A stretch of DNA of 64,000 nucleotides from the human T2T-CHM13v2.0 reference genome, Homo sapiens: assembly GCF_009914755.1 (NCBI RefSeq), contig NC_060939.1; one strand, written 5' to 3'. Position 1 is the first letter of the stretch. The number at the start of each line of letters is the position of its first letter. The position numbers and the translations under genes were made by a program. Of the stretch, positions 1-24,908 are shown piece by piece. The notes below the pieces were generated by a model, which saw only the letters and a list, made by a program, of their open reading frames with translations, had not been told where the DNA came from and did no database searches.

Positions 1-46
1 TATGTGATCACATTTTTGTAGAAATATACCTGTATATATCCCTTTA

Positions 47-333
47 TAGTACTTCTCCCTTATCCATGGTTTCAGTTTCAGTTATCTGCTGTCAACTGTG
101 GTCTGAAAATATTTTGAGAGATCACATTTACATAACTTTTATTATAGTATATTGTAATATTTTATTAGTTTTTAATCTCTCACTGTGCCTAATTTATAAA
201 TTAAACTTTATTATAGGTAAGTATGTAAGTATAGGAAAAAACACTGTGTATAGGGTTCAATACTTTCCTAGGTTTTAGACATACACTGGGGGATCTTGGA
301 ATGTATCCTGTGGGGATAAGAGGAGAATTACTG
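47..333. mobile_element. MER44A-like (Tigger7-derived) non-autonomous DNA transposon
   Basis: Terminal inverted ends (agtacttctcccttatcc / ggataagaggagaattactg) and internal ctgtgcctaatttataaattaaactttat motif. Confidence 0.8.
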
Positions 334-436
334 TATATAGAAGTCTAAAAAGATAAATATCAAACGTAAGCTAATGGTGACATTTTTAAGCAGTAGGATT
401 TTGGATGAATTGGATTAGAAAAAACTATTTTCCTCT

Positions 437-872
<436 letters not shown>

Positions 873-879
873 TAAAAAA

Positions 880-1695
880 ACTATTTTTTAAAAGTTTTAG
901 ATTTATAGAAAAATTGCAGACTACAAAGAGAGTTTTCATATACCTAGCTTCCCTTCCAGCTTTTCCCATTATTAAAATCTTATGTTAGTATAGTATATTT
1001 ACTATAATTAAAATAATTTATTTTAGTTTTTGAGATGGAGTCTCTCTCTGTCACCCAGGCTGGAGCGCAAATGGCACTATCTCTGCTTACTGCAGCCTCT
1101 GCCTCCTGGGTTCAAGTGATCCTCCCACTTCAGCCTCCTGAGTAGCTGGAATAACAGGTGATTCTCGTGTCTCAGCCACCCAAGTAGCTGGGATTACAGG
1201 CGTGCACCACCACATCCAGCTAATTTTTTTGTATTTTTGGTAGAGATGGAGTTTCATCATGTTTCCCAGGTTGGTCTCCTGAGCTCAAGTGATCTGCTCT
1301 CCTTGGCCTCCCAAACTGTTGGGATTACAGGTGTGAGCCACCACACCCAGCCTATTATAATTAAGGAACCAATAATGATACATTATTATTAACGAAAGTC
1401 CATAGTTTATTCAGATTTCCTTTTTATCTAATGTCACTTTCTTGTTTCACTATTCCATCCAAGATAACACAGTACTTTTTGTAGTCATGTCTCCTTAGGA
1501 TCCTCTTGGCTATGATAGTTTCTCACACTTTCCTTATTTTTGATGACCTTGACACTTTTGAGGAATACCAGTCAGGTTTTCTGTAGCATGTTACTCAATT
1601 GGGATTTGATGCTTTTTTCATCATTAGACTGGGGTTAGAGTACTTAGTATCAACATGATTGTCACTATTGATGTGACCTTGATCACTTGGCTGTC
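880..1695 (-). mobile_element. L1MC-type 3' UTR fragment, interrupted by Alu 1020-1352
   Basis: L1MC motifs (gatacattattattaac..aagtccatagtttattcagatttcc; ttgatgaccttgacacttttgagga); tataattaa TSD around the Alu. Confidence 0.75.
1020..1352 (-). mobile_element. Alu (J/S-like) with 42-bp internal duplication
   Basis: Alu consensus; segment 1116-1157 is repeated in diverged form at 1158-1199. Confidence 0.9.
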
Positions 1696-2136
1696 AGTTT
1701 TGTTTTTAAATGTTTGCTTTTCTATAGCTAATATTAATAAAATTTGTTACTTGCAATATAAAAGTAAATATCTGTTGATATTCTACACATGTCTACCAGT
1801 AGCATTTATAATAAGTAATACATTGACAAGCCTAATAATACAGAAAAAGGATAGTGGATATTATAATCAAGGAAAAATAATGACGAAGTTGCCTGAAGGG
1901 CTAATTGTAGAAAGGAATTAAAGGCGTTAGTACCATATAGCTTATTTTAACAGTCTTTAAGCTGTTTTAGGACTCTGTTTTAAGAAGAACATTCTGGTAA
2001 TCAAGAATTGGATCTAAATTCAAAGGTAGGAAAGGAATTATTCAATTATTCATAGTAGGATGAAAATACAAATCGGATAGTTGAGATCAATTAGGTAATA
2101 TCTTACAATTCAACAACAAATAATTAATGAGCCCTA

Positions 2137-2538
<402 letters not shown>

Positions 2539-3006
2539 GCTATGAAGAAAACAATACAAGAGATAGAGAGTGGTGGTGGTGGGTTTGGTGGTTCTTTTAG
2601 GTGGGTTGCCAGGCAAGGCTTCTCTGAAGTAACATTTGAACATAACACGACCTGAATGATAAAGAGTAAGACACACCCAAACGTGGAGAATTGGAAGTGG
2701 TGGGAATAGTAATGCAAAGACTTTGTGTCAAAAATCAGTTTGGGGATTTTCAAGGAATTACAAGAAGGCTAGTGTGCCAGAGTTGGGAGAGTGCTGGGGT
2801 ATGAAGTGGTGGTGGTGGTGGTGCATGCTAGTAGGAAATGAGATTGAGAATTGGCGGGGCTCAGATTGTGTAGAGCCTTGCAGGCCATGAGGTTTTTGGA
2901 TTTTATTCTAACTGATGGTATTCATTGGACAGTTTTGTGCAGAAAAATGATACCTAATTTATGTTTTCAAAACATCGCTTTGCTGCAGAGGCAATTAAGC
3001 CGTTGG

Positions 3007-3278
3007 AGGCCGGGCACGGTGGCTCATGCCTGTAATTCCAGCACTTTGGGTGGCCGAGGCAGGTGGATCATGAGGTCAGGAGATCGAGACCATCCTGGCT
3101 AACATGGTGAAACCCTGTCTCTACTAAAAAATACAAAAAAAATTAGCTGGCCATGGTGGCGGGCGCCTGTAGTCGCAGCTACTTATGCTTAATCATAATG
3201 CATTGAAAAAGTGCCACTGCACTCCAGCCTGGGCGACTGAGCAAGACTTCGTCTCAAAAAAAAAAAAAAAAAAAAAGA
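3007..3278 (+). mobile_element. AluY with part of the right arm replaced by a 28-bp templated insert
   Basis: AluY diagnostics (ggagatcgagaccatcctggctaac); non-Alu 3185-3212. Confidence 0.95.
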
Positions 3279-3680
3279 AGCCATTGGAGTGTTGTGAGGT
3301 ACAGTAGCTTGGACTAGTGAGGTAGATAAAGATAGATGCAGTGAGAAGTCATTGAATTCAGGGCATGTTTTCAAGGTAGAACCAACAGGATTTGCTGATA
3401 GATTAGCTGTGGGAGGTGAGTGAAAGAGAGTAATCAAAGATGATTACAAGGCTTTTAGCTGGAGCCAGTGGTGCCATTTACAGAGATGGGAAACAGGAAG
3501 GAGCTAGTTTGGATGAAGTGTTTAGATGTTTGGAGCTTGAGATGCCTGCTAGATATCCAGGAATAGCCATTGAGTAGGCAGCTGACTATTAAATTCTAGA
3601 GCCTAGGGTCAAGATCAGGGTTGCGAATATACCTTTGGGATGTCATCGATACATTGATGGTGTTTAAACATATAGAACTG

Positions 3681-3903
3681 CCAGCCTCTGCAACATAGTG
3701 AGACCTTGTCTCTATAAAGAAAAAAAAAAAATTAGCTGGGTGTGGTGGTGTGCCTGTGGCCCCAGCTACTTGGGAAGCTGATGTGGGAGGATTACTTCAG
3801 CCTGGGTGGTTGAAGCTACAATGAGCCATGATCATGCCACTGCACTCCAGCCTGCGCGACAAATGGAGATCCTGTCTCAAAAAAACAAAACTGAAAACAA
3901 AAA
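3681..3903 (+). mobile_element. 5'-truncated AluJ
   Basis: J diagnostics (gtgggaggat, gagccatgatc). Confidence 0.85.
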
Positions 3904-5548
3904 CATGTAACTGGTTAGGTCAGCTAGGGAGTAAAGAAGAGGGCTAATGACTGAGCCCTGAGACTACTGATATCATAGAGTGGAATAGATTGTAATATAT
4001 ACTTAAATTTCTTTTGTATTGGTATCAGGACCAAATTGACTGAGCAACATGTAAATAGTATAACACTGAATAATGCCTTTGAGATGATTATAATGTTACT
4101 AGGCTCTTCCTGTTACTTGAATCCTCATGTTTTTGTCACTTTCCTGCCTGAAGATTTCTACTTTCTCTCCATTGTTTGAGGACATAAACCCCCAGACTTC
4201 TTCGCTTAGCATACCAGAGCCTTCATTGTCTGAGTACTCTACATCATCTCGCTCCTTTTTATCTTTTCTCCTCTTTATCACACCTACCGTGCCCAATGTG
4301 CTTGGCTCTTTTATAACCCCCTTTTGGCCTGGAATACTCTTTCTCCTCCTGCTGCCCTGCCTCAAACTCCTACTCAGTCTTCAATATCCACCTTAAATTT
4401 GCTATGTAATTTTCCCCAATTTCGACGGATAAAATTGACCCCTTCACTGCATGGTACTTCCTCAGTGCTGTTGCTTATACTTCAATTTATAGCAAAATAC
4501 AAAATCAGTTGGCATTTTGGCTTTTAAAAAAATTCATTTGTTTTCCCAGTGCTTGGCATGTGGTAGATGCTTAATCATAATGCATTGAAAAAGTTTAAAA
4601 GTTTTGCTTTGGCCAAAGAGTAAGTAATTAAAAACTAAATCTTACAATACACGATCATATGGATCATTAGCTGAGATTTTTAGGATCTTTTTATTATGTC
4701 AAGTTGTTGGTTTTAGTGATATTCATTGTGGCATAATTTAGCCAGTACAAAGTTTAGTGAAATGTCAGTTAGAAGTCTTAGTTCAGAGACATATTAGGAA
4801 TGTTTTATTCTCTAGGGCTGAATAATGCTTATTCTTTGGAGGCAGGCTATTATAATAGATTTTTCCTTCACTTGCCCACTTTTCCACCCAGCTTCTCAGT
4901 AGTCGGGAATTCTATTTTAACAGTACACGTGTACTTTGAGCTCTTTGCTGGAGATGGAACCTAATGTAATAAATCCAGTAGAATCAGCAGTACTCACCCC
5001 AGGAATGTCCTTTAAATTGTTGGATAGAAGGAGGCTTACTGGTGTGAATTGTAGGTGTGAAGATTTTTCAGCCTGTGAGTCCAAAGTAGGGTTGATTATT
5101 TTGTCATTCAATCATAAGCATGTATTGAGTACTTGCCATATATGGGTATTGTATGAGGTACAGTGTGGGGGACACACAAAAGAAATAAAAGGCATTCTTT
5201 GCACATGAGGCCTTGACAATTTAATTGAGGAACTGAAACATAGGAAGGAATTTAATCTTAACAAGCAATATATCCGTAAGTGCAAAGTACTGTAGTATAA
5301 ATCAGGGACTGCATTTCTTAAGCCCATAATTATATTCTCAGGGTTATATGCAGTCTTATATCAGTTTTCAACATTTTAATTTGACTTGAAGTTCTGCATT
5401 TTCTCTTATCCTTTAACGTTTCTAGTTTCAATAAGATATTGATTTAGCTCTTTGTTTGATATGATAAAAGCCATATATAAGAAGAGTTCTCTGTCACAAT
5501 GTTGCATCCAAGCATTTTTTCATTTCATGTCTATAAAGAAAGTACATA

Positions 5549-5688
5549 GGCCCACACCTGTAATCCCAGCACTTTGGGAAGCCAAGGAAGGAGGATTGCT
5601 TGAGGCTAGGAGTTCGAGACCAACCTGGGCAACATAGCGAGACCCTGTCTCTATGAAAACATAGAAATGAAAAATAAAAAATAAAATA
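5549..5688 (+). mobile_element. FLAM / Alu left monomer
   Basis: Monomer consensus followed by an A-rich tail. Confidence 0.85.
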
Positions 5689-6314
5689 CATAATTTGAAA
5701 TGGTAGAATGTCATTTATCCTTTACAAGTGTGACAGAGGCACACTTTCTTTTTTTTGCTATGTGTAGGTTCCTCCTCCGCATACTTTGTCTTTCCACTTA
5801 AAGGGGTGGAGGGGGAGAAAGAGAACCTGGAGAACAAATTTTGTGTGTGTATATGAATCTGAATTTAAAAGTATGTATTTTCATTAAAGGCAACCAACTG
5901 AACAGAAAAAAAAGTATGTATTTTCATATTTGAATTATAAAAGTGGCTTTTTTTTGAGAAGATAAATACATAAGCACAAATAATAATTTCTAATATGCCA
6001 GCTATCACTGTTAGCGTGTTGATATGCTTCTATGTTTCTTTTTTTTTAAATGGCAAGTGTTGTTTTTTTAGCTCAGATACATTTAGAAAAAAGATAATTG
6101 TCTTTACATAGGTTTATCTGATCATATTACTCTCAATAAAATTCTTTAGTGGCTTTGCATAGTAAATGGAATCAAGTTGAGACAAGTTCAGACTCCTTAC
6201 TTAGCTTGACACATAAAGCTCACTACCTCATAGTTTATCTCACGTCATATGTCTCCCTCATACGCAACTTGTTTTATCCATGATACATGTGTGTACTACT
6301 TTCAGGCCTCTAGA

Positions 6315-7400
<1,086 letters not shown>

Positions 7401-7448
7401 GTAGCCACCTGTTAAGGGAAGATTACTATATGCCAGGCATTGTGTTAA

Positions 7449-8560
<1,112 letters not shown>

Positions 8561-9198
8561 TTAATCTTCCTGCTGAATGGCTTTATCTCCTGTCATCTCA
8601 TTATGCCTCTGTGCTCAGTCATGGGACACTAAATATTTGTGTATGTTTATGTATGTGTGTGTGTATGTATGTTTGAATATCATATACATGTTTTATCTTC
8701 TGTGCCTTTGCTCATGTTGTTTCCTCAGGAGACATCCTTCCCCTTTCCTTCCCCTTACTGAGGTAGAACTTTATTTGCAGGAGAAATGGTGATTTAGAGG
8801 AGTTGCTGGGTATGAAGATTGTTTGGTGAGATAGAGGGATGAGTATTGTGAGCTAAGGCCAAATGATGGTAAATGCATATAATGTATGTTCAGGGAGCGT
8901 TTGGTTAGAATGAGGTTTTGTTTGAGTATGATAGACCATGAAGTTAAAGAGAGGGAGGGAGGGTTATGGTCCCACCATTGAGACCTCGAGCTTCAGGCTA
9001 AGGAGCAGGTATTTTTATCTTGTCCCTTGAAGGTTTTTGAGCAGGAGAGTGTTAATGAAAAAATAGTACTTGGAAAAATATTTGATTTTGCAGTGGTGAT
9101 GAGAATAGTTTGAAGTAAGAACACTTAGGAGATTATTAGGATGACATAGTTCAGAGGTGAGGTAATCAGGGCTGAAGTTTATAATTAAGAGTGGAAAT

Positions 9199-9845
9199 TG
9201 GCTGGGTGTGGTGGCTCACGTGTGTAATCCCAGCACCTAGGGAGGCTGAGGCAGTTGGATCACTTAAGGTCAGGAGTTCAAGACCATCCTGGCCAACATG
9301 GCAAAACCCCATCTCTACTAAAAATACAAAAATTGGCCGGGTGTGGTGGCGTGCACCTGTAGTCCCAGGTATTCAGGAGGCTGAGGCACGAGAATTGCTT
9401 GAACCCAGGAGGTGGAGGTCACAGTGAGTCGAGGTCCTACCACTGCACTCCAGCCTGGGCAACAGAGAAAGACTCTGTCTCAAATAAATAAATAAGTAAA
9501 TAAGAGTTGAAATTAAAGTGCGGAGATGAGACACTAGACAAACACCAAACACACACACACACACAAAATAAGGCTGGGCGCGGTGGCTCACGCCAGTAAT
9601 CCCAGCACTTTGGGAGGCCAAGGTGGGAGTTTGAGACCAGCCCAGGCAACATAGTGAGACCCCCCCCCTCCTATAAAAAATTTTAAAAAATTAGCTGAGT
9701 ACGATGGCATGTGCCTGTGGGCCCAGGTACGTGGGAGGCTGAGGTGAGTGGATTGCCTGAGCCTGGAAGGTCAAGGCTGCAGGGAGCCATGATCCTGTCA
9801 CTGCACTCCAGCCTGGGTAACAGAGTGGGTGTCTCAGAAAAAAGA
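9199..9845 (+). mobile_element. Two + strand Alus (AluS 9199-9503; AluJ 9572-9845) separated by a short (CA)n
   Basis: Alu consensus with A-tails. Confidence 0.92.
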
Positions 9846-9884
9846 AGGACTACATTAAGACTAAATCCCAGCTACAAATACATT

Positions 9885-10275
9885 CATGTGCCACATAATG
9901 ATATTTTGGTCAATGATGGACTGCATATACTGTGGTGGTCCCATAAGGTTAATGGAGCTGAAAAATTTCTGTTGCATAGTGATAGGGTAGCTGTTTTAAC
10001 GTTGTGGCACAATGCATTTACTCTTGTTTATAGTGATACTGGTGTAAACAAACCTGTGCTGCCAGTTGTATAAAAATATAGCAGGTACAATTACATATAG
10101 TATATAATAATTAAAACTTTATAAAATTCAGTACTAGATGATACTGCAATAACATACAGTACATAATATATAGTGGATATACATATATTACATAGTTCAT
10201 AATAAGCTGTGTTACTGGAGTATGCATTTACTATACTATACTTTATTATTTTATTTTCCTGCAAATACCTCATCT
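9885..10275. mobile_element. Tigger3/MER7-like DNA transposon fragment
   Basis: ggtcaatgatggactgcatatac..ggtggtcccataag..aatggagctgaaaaatt..ggtgtaaacaaacct motifs. Confidence 0.8.
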
Positions 10276-10289
10276 ACTACTTGAGTTTA

Positions 10290-10994
<705 letters not shown>

Positions 10995-10995
10995 T

Positions 10996-11091
10996 GTGGT
11001 GTTTTATATCAGGGATTTGAGCATCCATGGATTTTGGTATCTGCAAGGGTGTCCTGGAACCAGTCCCCATAAATAATGAGACAACTGTGTA
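10996..11091. mobile_element. MER2/Tigger-type terminal fragment
   Basis: gatttgagcatccatggattttggtatctgc..gtcctggaaccagtcccc. Confidence 0.75.
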
Positions 11092-11822
11092 TCTCAAAGG
11101 TGACACCGTAAAGGGAGATGATCATGATCTGGAAACTTTGATAGAAAGGCAAGAGAATGACAATCTTATCTTGCTCTGGGGGCGGGGGTGGTAAAGGTCG
11201 TAGTAAAGAGAGAAATGTGAGAAAATACTTGAAGGAGGACAGCCAGGGTTAAGTCAAGGTAAATAAGTGGAAGGACCATTGTTCAGAAAGATTGAGGAAG
11301 CCTGAGATTTGGTATGATAAGAGTGAGTATTGTTTTGGGCATAGTGGAAAGATTTGGGCAGTGACAGTGTGGAAAGAACCAGGGTTGAGGACCTACAGAT
11401 TAGGAAGATAGGTCATGGTTCGTATCATATTGCCTTTGTCTTTGGTGACCTGGGATTATAGAGATCAGAGGGAATGTTGGAAGTTATTGATTGACTTAAT
11501 TGTCTGGACTTTGCAAGTTGTTTTGGTACTGAAACTGGTTTAAAGATTCAAATAGTATATTACTTGATCTCATAGAGGTGGTAAATCCTTTTTATAAAGT
11601 TAGCGTCAAAGGCAACAAAGACTGTATTCTGGGTGAGGGGTTGAATAAGCAGAGTTGAAATCACTTGTTAGGTAAAGGCTCCCAGAAGGAATGTGGTGAA
11701 AAGCCGATTGTGTCCAACGACTCCTGTGATGCTTATAGAGGGGCTATAAAGTTCCCCCAGGTTGAGGGGAATGTGGTGACAGGGTTCATTTTAGAATAGA
11801 GTGATTATCAGTTTAAAATTGA

Positions 11823-13230
<1,408 letters not shown>

Positions 13231-13656
13231 CTTTCAGCATGAGAATTTGTCCTTCTCTTCCTGGTTGGGGATCATAATGTCTTCTTTTTTTCCCCTCTTG
13301 TTATACTATTCTTGTCCCATCCCACTTCTGACTTCACCCTTTTCTTTTGTGTGTTTTTCCTTGTCTTATGGTTTCTTCTCTTGTGTGGCTCTACTATTTT
13401 ATGGCCCCTTCTCTGGCAATGTTTTAGTTTCTATTCTTGATTCCAGCTCCATGAGTCTTTTCCTCCCACTTTCCATTCAGTTGAGAGGGAATAAGAGAGT
13501 ACATTTTTACATTTAAGTCAGAGAATGTTTGTCATTCCTATTTAACTAAACTCTCATAGCACTCTTTCCTCACAAGCTGATGGTTAATTCATAGAACCTT
13601 TAGGTCTGTTGGATCCCCCTATCTAATTAGCTCGGCACAGGAGTCAGGAGCATGTA

Positions 13657-13990
<334 letters not shown>

Positions 13991-14669
13991 CCAGGAGCAT
14001 GTGGTTTTTATGTGGAGTTAGGAGTTGAAGGTGAAATAAGAGGTTCCTTAATCTGCAAGGCATTGTTGGTAGAGCTTTTGCCTTGAGAGATGACTCTGAG
14101 TGTGCTGACCAATCTGTCAAGGATGATGAGAGCTAGATTACTGTGCACCAAAGGAGAATGACAGTATCCTTTGGTGGTTTAGAGGAAGGCCAGTGTTTAC
14201 ACAGCAAGGGCATCAAGGCAGGCTTCATGAAAATACTCGACTTTAAGAATGAGGATGATTTCAATAGGAGGAGATTAGGGAGAATGATGCTGGTGAATTT
14301 ATGGACTACGAAGGCAGAGAGAAGATGCTAAAGCAGCGTAATTATAAATGCAAAGGTTCAGATAAAAAAACCCGGGGAGCATATTTAGGAAATAAGGAGT
14401 AGTTGAGTATACAGCAGCAGGAAGAAGGAAAGCTGGGTCCAGAGTATTGAGGCCCTTATATGCTAAGCTAAGGAATTGAGGTGCAACTTGGTGCTCATTG
14501 TTTGTCTTAGAGTTCTCACTAACCTTAAAGTTACTGAGAATTTACAAAGGAGTTGTTGAGCCTAGAGAAGCGATACAGTTTCTTATCGTTGATGTAAGAT
14601 TGTACATCATTTGAACCTTAGTTTTGTGACATTAGCGTCTAACATTTATTTGTAGGTATTTCCTCTTAG

Positions 14670-14957
14670 TTTTTTTTTTTGAGATGGAATCTCGCTCTGT
14701 CGCCCAGGCTGGAATACAATGGTGCGATCTCGGCTCTCTGCAATGTCTGCCTCCCGGTTCAAGCGATTCTCCTGCCTCAGCCTCCCAAGTAGCTGGGATT
14801 ACAGGCATACGCCACCACATCCAGCTAATTTTTGTATTTTTAGTAGAGACGGGGTTTTGCCATGTAAGTTAGGCTGGTCTCAAACTCCTGACCTCACGAT
14901 CTGCCCACCTCGGCCTCCCAAAGTGCTGGGATTATAGGCGTGAGCCACTGCGCCTGC
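14670..14957 (-). mobile_element. AluS (Sg-like)
   Basis: Full dimer; TSD tcctcttagttttt. Confidence 0.93.
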
Positions 14958-14974
14958 CCTCCTCTTAGTTTTTA

Positions 14975-18265
<3,291 letters not shown>

Positions 18266-18269
18266 TTTA

Positions 18270-18815
<546 letters not shown>

Positions 18816-18999
18816 AAAATATTACCATTCAAAGTGAATATGAAATGTGTATTATTAATTGTGGAATACTAAAGTTGGAGTATATACCATAGAGGTTGTC
18901 TTCAGTCCTCCTTATTTTATAAATGTGGAAAGAAAGACCTAGAAAAGTTAACTGATGTCCAGTGTTGTATAGCTAATCAGTTGGAGATAATACGTTAAC

Positions 19000-20953
<1,954 letters not shown>

Positions 20954-21239
20954 ATTGGTGTCATTCCAGGTTACTGGAAAATTATTTCTGTAACCTGTAT
21001 GTGTACACTGGTTAGCAATGTAGTTTTTACTGAGTCACAGTCAGAAAAGTTAGAGAAATATTTATAGAGCATATATGATGTCAAGTAAAAAATGTCTGAA
21101 ATCCATGAAGACTGCCTGTCTTCCATGTACAACTTACTTCTTCAGATTTGTTATTTCCATTGGATAAGCTTCAGGTTTCTTTTATATGTTGATGTTCTCC
21201 AGGGCTATTTTCTAGCTTGGCTCTCTTTTCTCATTCAGC

Positions 21240-22100
21240 TTCTATGGTTCTTTATCTTTTGTTGGGTCATACACCCCTCGGAAAATTGATAAAATTTATG
21301 GACCCTTTGTCAAAAATTGCTTGTATGTACCTTACACAAACTTGTGCTTACAATTTTAGGAGTTTCACAGGACATCTGCCTGCAAGCTCATTCGTAGATT
21401 CTAGATCAGAGCCCCACTTCTCTATGTGCTACCTGAATAATTGCACTTACATTTATAGTTTGAAATACATTGATTTTCCAATCTATTTCTTCAGTATGAT
21501 TCTCTGTCCTGAGCACTAGACCCTGATATTCATTTACTTCCTCTCCTTGCATATGTGAATATTCTGTTGTACTACTCCACTTATGAAACTGTGTAGTTCC
21601 TGGAATACATTTTTCTGTTGTTAAATCCTTGACTCCTTGGTTATGAGGCTCTGCCACTTCCTTGTTCTTTAAGACATTCTCCCTCCTTAGCTTCTGTAAT
21701 TCTACTCTCATCTATTTTTCTCTTATTTCTGTGACTACTCTTCTCTTCCTTTTTCCTAGATTCTTTTTTCACCACCTGTCATCTAAATGTCTGTTCTGAC
21801 CATAACCCTCTGAAATATTTTACTCTACATTTTTGGGCTTTTTCAAACCCCTGGCTTTAGTTACTTCCCAAATCTTTGTATTTAGCTAAGGTTCACCTTT
21901 TTTTATCTCCAGTGTCTACTGGACATTTCCACTTAGATCAATGGTTCCTAAATATTTTGGGGGATTACATACTCCCCTAATAATCTGATTAAGGTATATC
22001 TTTCTCCCCAGAAAAGTACATCGCATACTAAATTTTGCATACTGTTCTAGGTTGTTCCTGGACCTCTTTCAGCCCCTCCATGGATTCCCTGAGGTATTCT
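21240..22100. mobile_element. Two MER103-like hAT fragments (~21240-21405, ~21935-22100) with L2 remnants between
   Basis: Both show gggtcat..cccct..aatctgat..ccccagaaaa..aattttgcatac-type motifs. Confidence 0.6.
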
Positions 22101-22249
22101 AATTAAGCAGATATTAAGATGTTCCTGAGCTGCCTTTAATTCAGTTTGTCCAGAATCGACACTATCATCATTGCCTCTAACCCATTTTATTCTTATTCCT
22201 CTCCCTAATGCTTCTAAATATAATTATTTGCCTCTTAATTATTTACTAA

Positions 22250-23160
22250 CAAATTCATTCTGCAAATATGTGAATGCTTACTTCGTATCTGGCACCTGAC
22301 CTGAATATGCAGTGATGCACAAAATAGACATGGTTATTTAGTTCTCTCAAAGCTTACTCTATAGCATAGTCATTAAAAGTGTGAACTTTGGAGCCAGAGT
22401 GTCTGGGTTCAAGTTTTGACTCCTTACTGCTTTGTGACCTTGAACAAATTACTTAACCTCTCTGTTTAATCTTTAACTTAACCTTTTAGTTTCATCATCA
22501 GCCTGCTTCACTGGTTATTAGGATTAAATGAGTTAATATATGGCAAATGCTGTGTATATGTTAGCTGTTATTCATGGAGGAGACATTGAATAATCATAAG
22601 TAAATATACATTTTGGTAAGTACTATGAGGGAATAGAACAGGGTACTTTGAGAGAGAATTTAAATTAGGGAGTAGGGATAGCATTGCTAAGGAAGTGATA
22701 TTTAGACAAACTGGTAGGATGTATAGGTGTTACCCAGGTGAAGGTTTGTGGGGACTGGAAGCAAAGCGTTTCAGGCAAATAGAAAAAGCAGTGTAAGAGC
22801 CCTTCTCTGAGAAAATGTTTGGAGCATTTGAGAAATAGAAGGTCATTGTGCCTGGAGTATGATGTGTTATGGGGAGAATGATGTGAACGCGGAGATCTGT
22901 AGGCCATACTAAGGATGTTAGATTTATTCTAAATGAAATGGGAAGCTAATGGAAGGTTAAAAATGGCAGAAATGGCATGAACTGATTTATGTTTAGAAAG
23001 GGTCCCTTGATACTGTGTGGAGAATGGATTACAGGAGAGAGCCAGAATGAGTGCCTAGAGAGAGAGAAAAAAGAAAAGTCTGTTGCAGTAGTCTGAGTAA
23101 GAGCTGCTGGTGGTTTGGACTAGGGTGATGCATGAAGGTGGAATGAAGTGTGTGGGTGCA
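22250..23160. mobile_element. L2 (-) interrupted by MIR (+, ~22360-22570)
   Basis: MIR actttggagccagagtgtctgggttcaa..tgtgaccttgaacaaattacttaacctctctg; flanks are L2-like. Confidence 0.7.
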
Positions 23161-23245
23161 AAATGTTTTAAATTGAGTGCTTCTATGTGCAAGGTACTGT
23201 TGATAGAATCTTAGGGTACAATGTAGAGGTTAAAAAGGACATACA

Positions 23246-23537
23246 GGCTGGGCATAGTGGCTCACACCTGTAATCCTAGCACTTTGGGAGGCTGAGGCGG
23301 GTGGATCATGAGGTCAGGAGTTCAAGACCAGCCTGGCCAAGATGGTGAAACTTCGTCTCTACTGAAAATACAAAAATTAGCTGGTCATGGTGGCAGGAAC
23401 CTGTAATCCCAGCTATTCGGGAGGCTGAGGCAGAGAATCGCTTGAACCTGGGTGGCAGAGGTTGCAAGTGAGCTGAGATCATGCCACTGCACTCCAGCCT
23501 GGACAACAGAGTGAGACTGTCTCAAAAAAAAAAAAAA
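23246..23537 (+). mobile_element. AluSg-like
   Basis: Full dimer; TSD aaaaaggacata. Confidence 0.93.
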
Positions 23538-23718
23538 GGACATATAGTCTATAATTTGTAGGGATGGGATGAACAGGAGAGAGAAGACAATTATACAAAT
23601 AAATATAAAAAATAGACCTGTGTAAGTTCTAGGAAGAACAGATACATGGTGTTTTTGACAGCGTATCATGGTCAGGAAGGTCAGTGATGTAGAATCAACA
23701 GGAAGATTTGATGATTGA

Positions 23719-24908
<1,190 letters not shown>

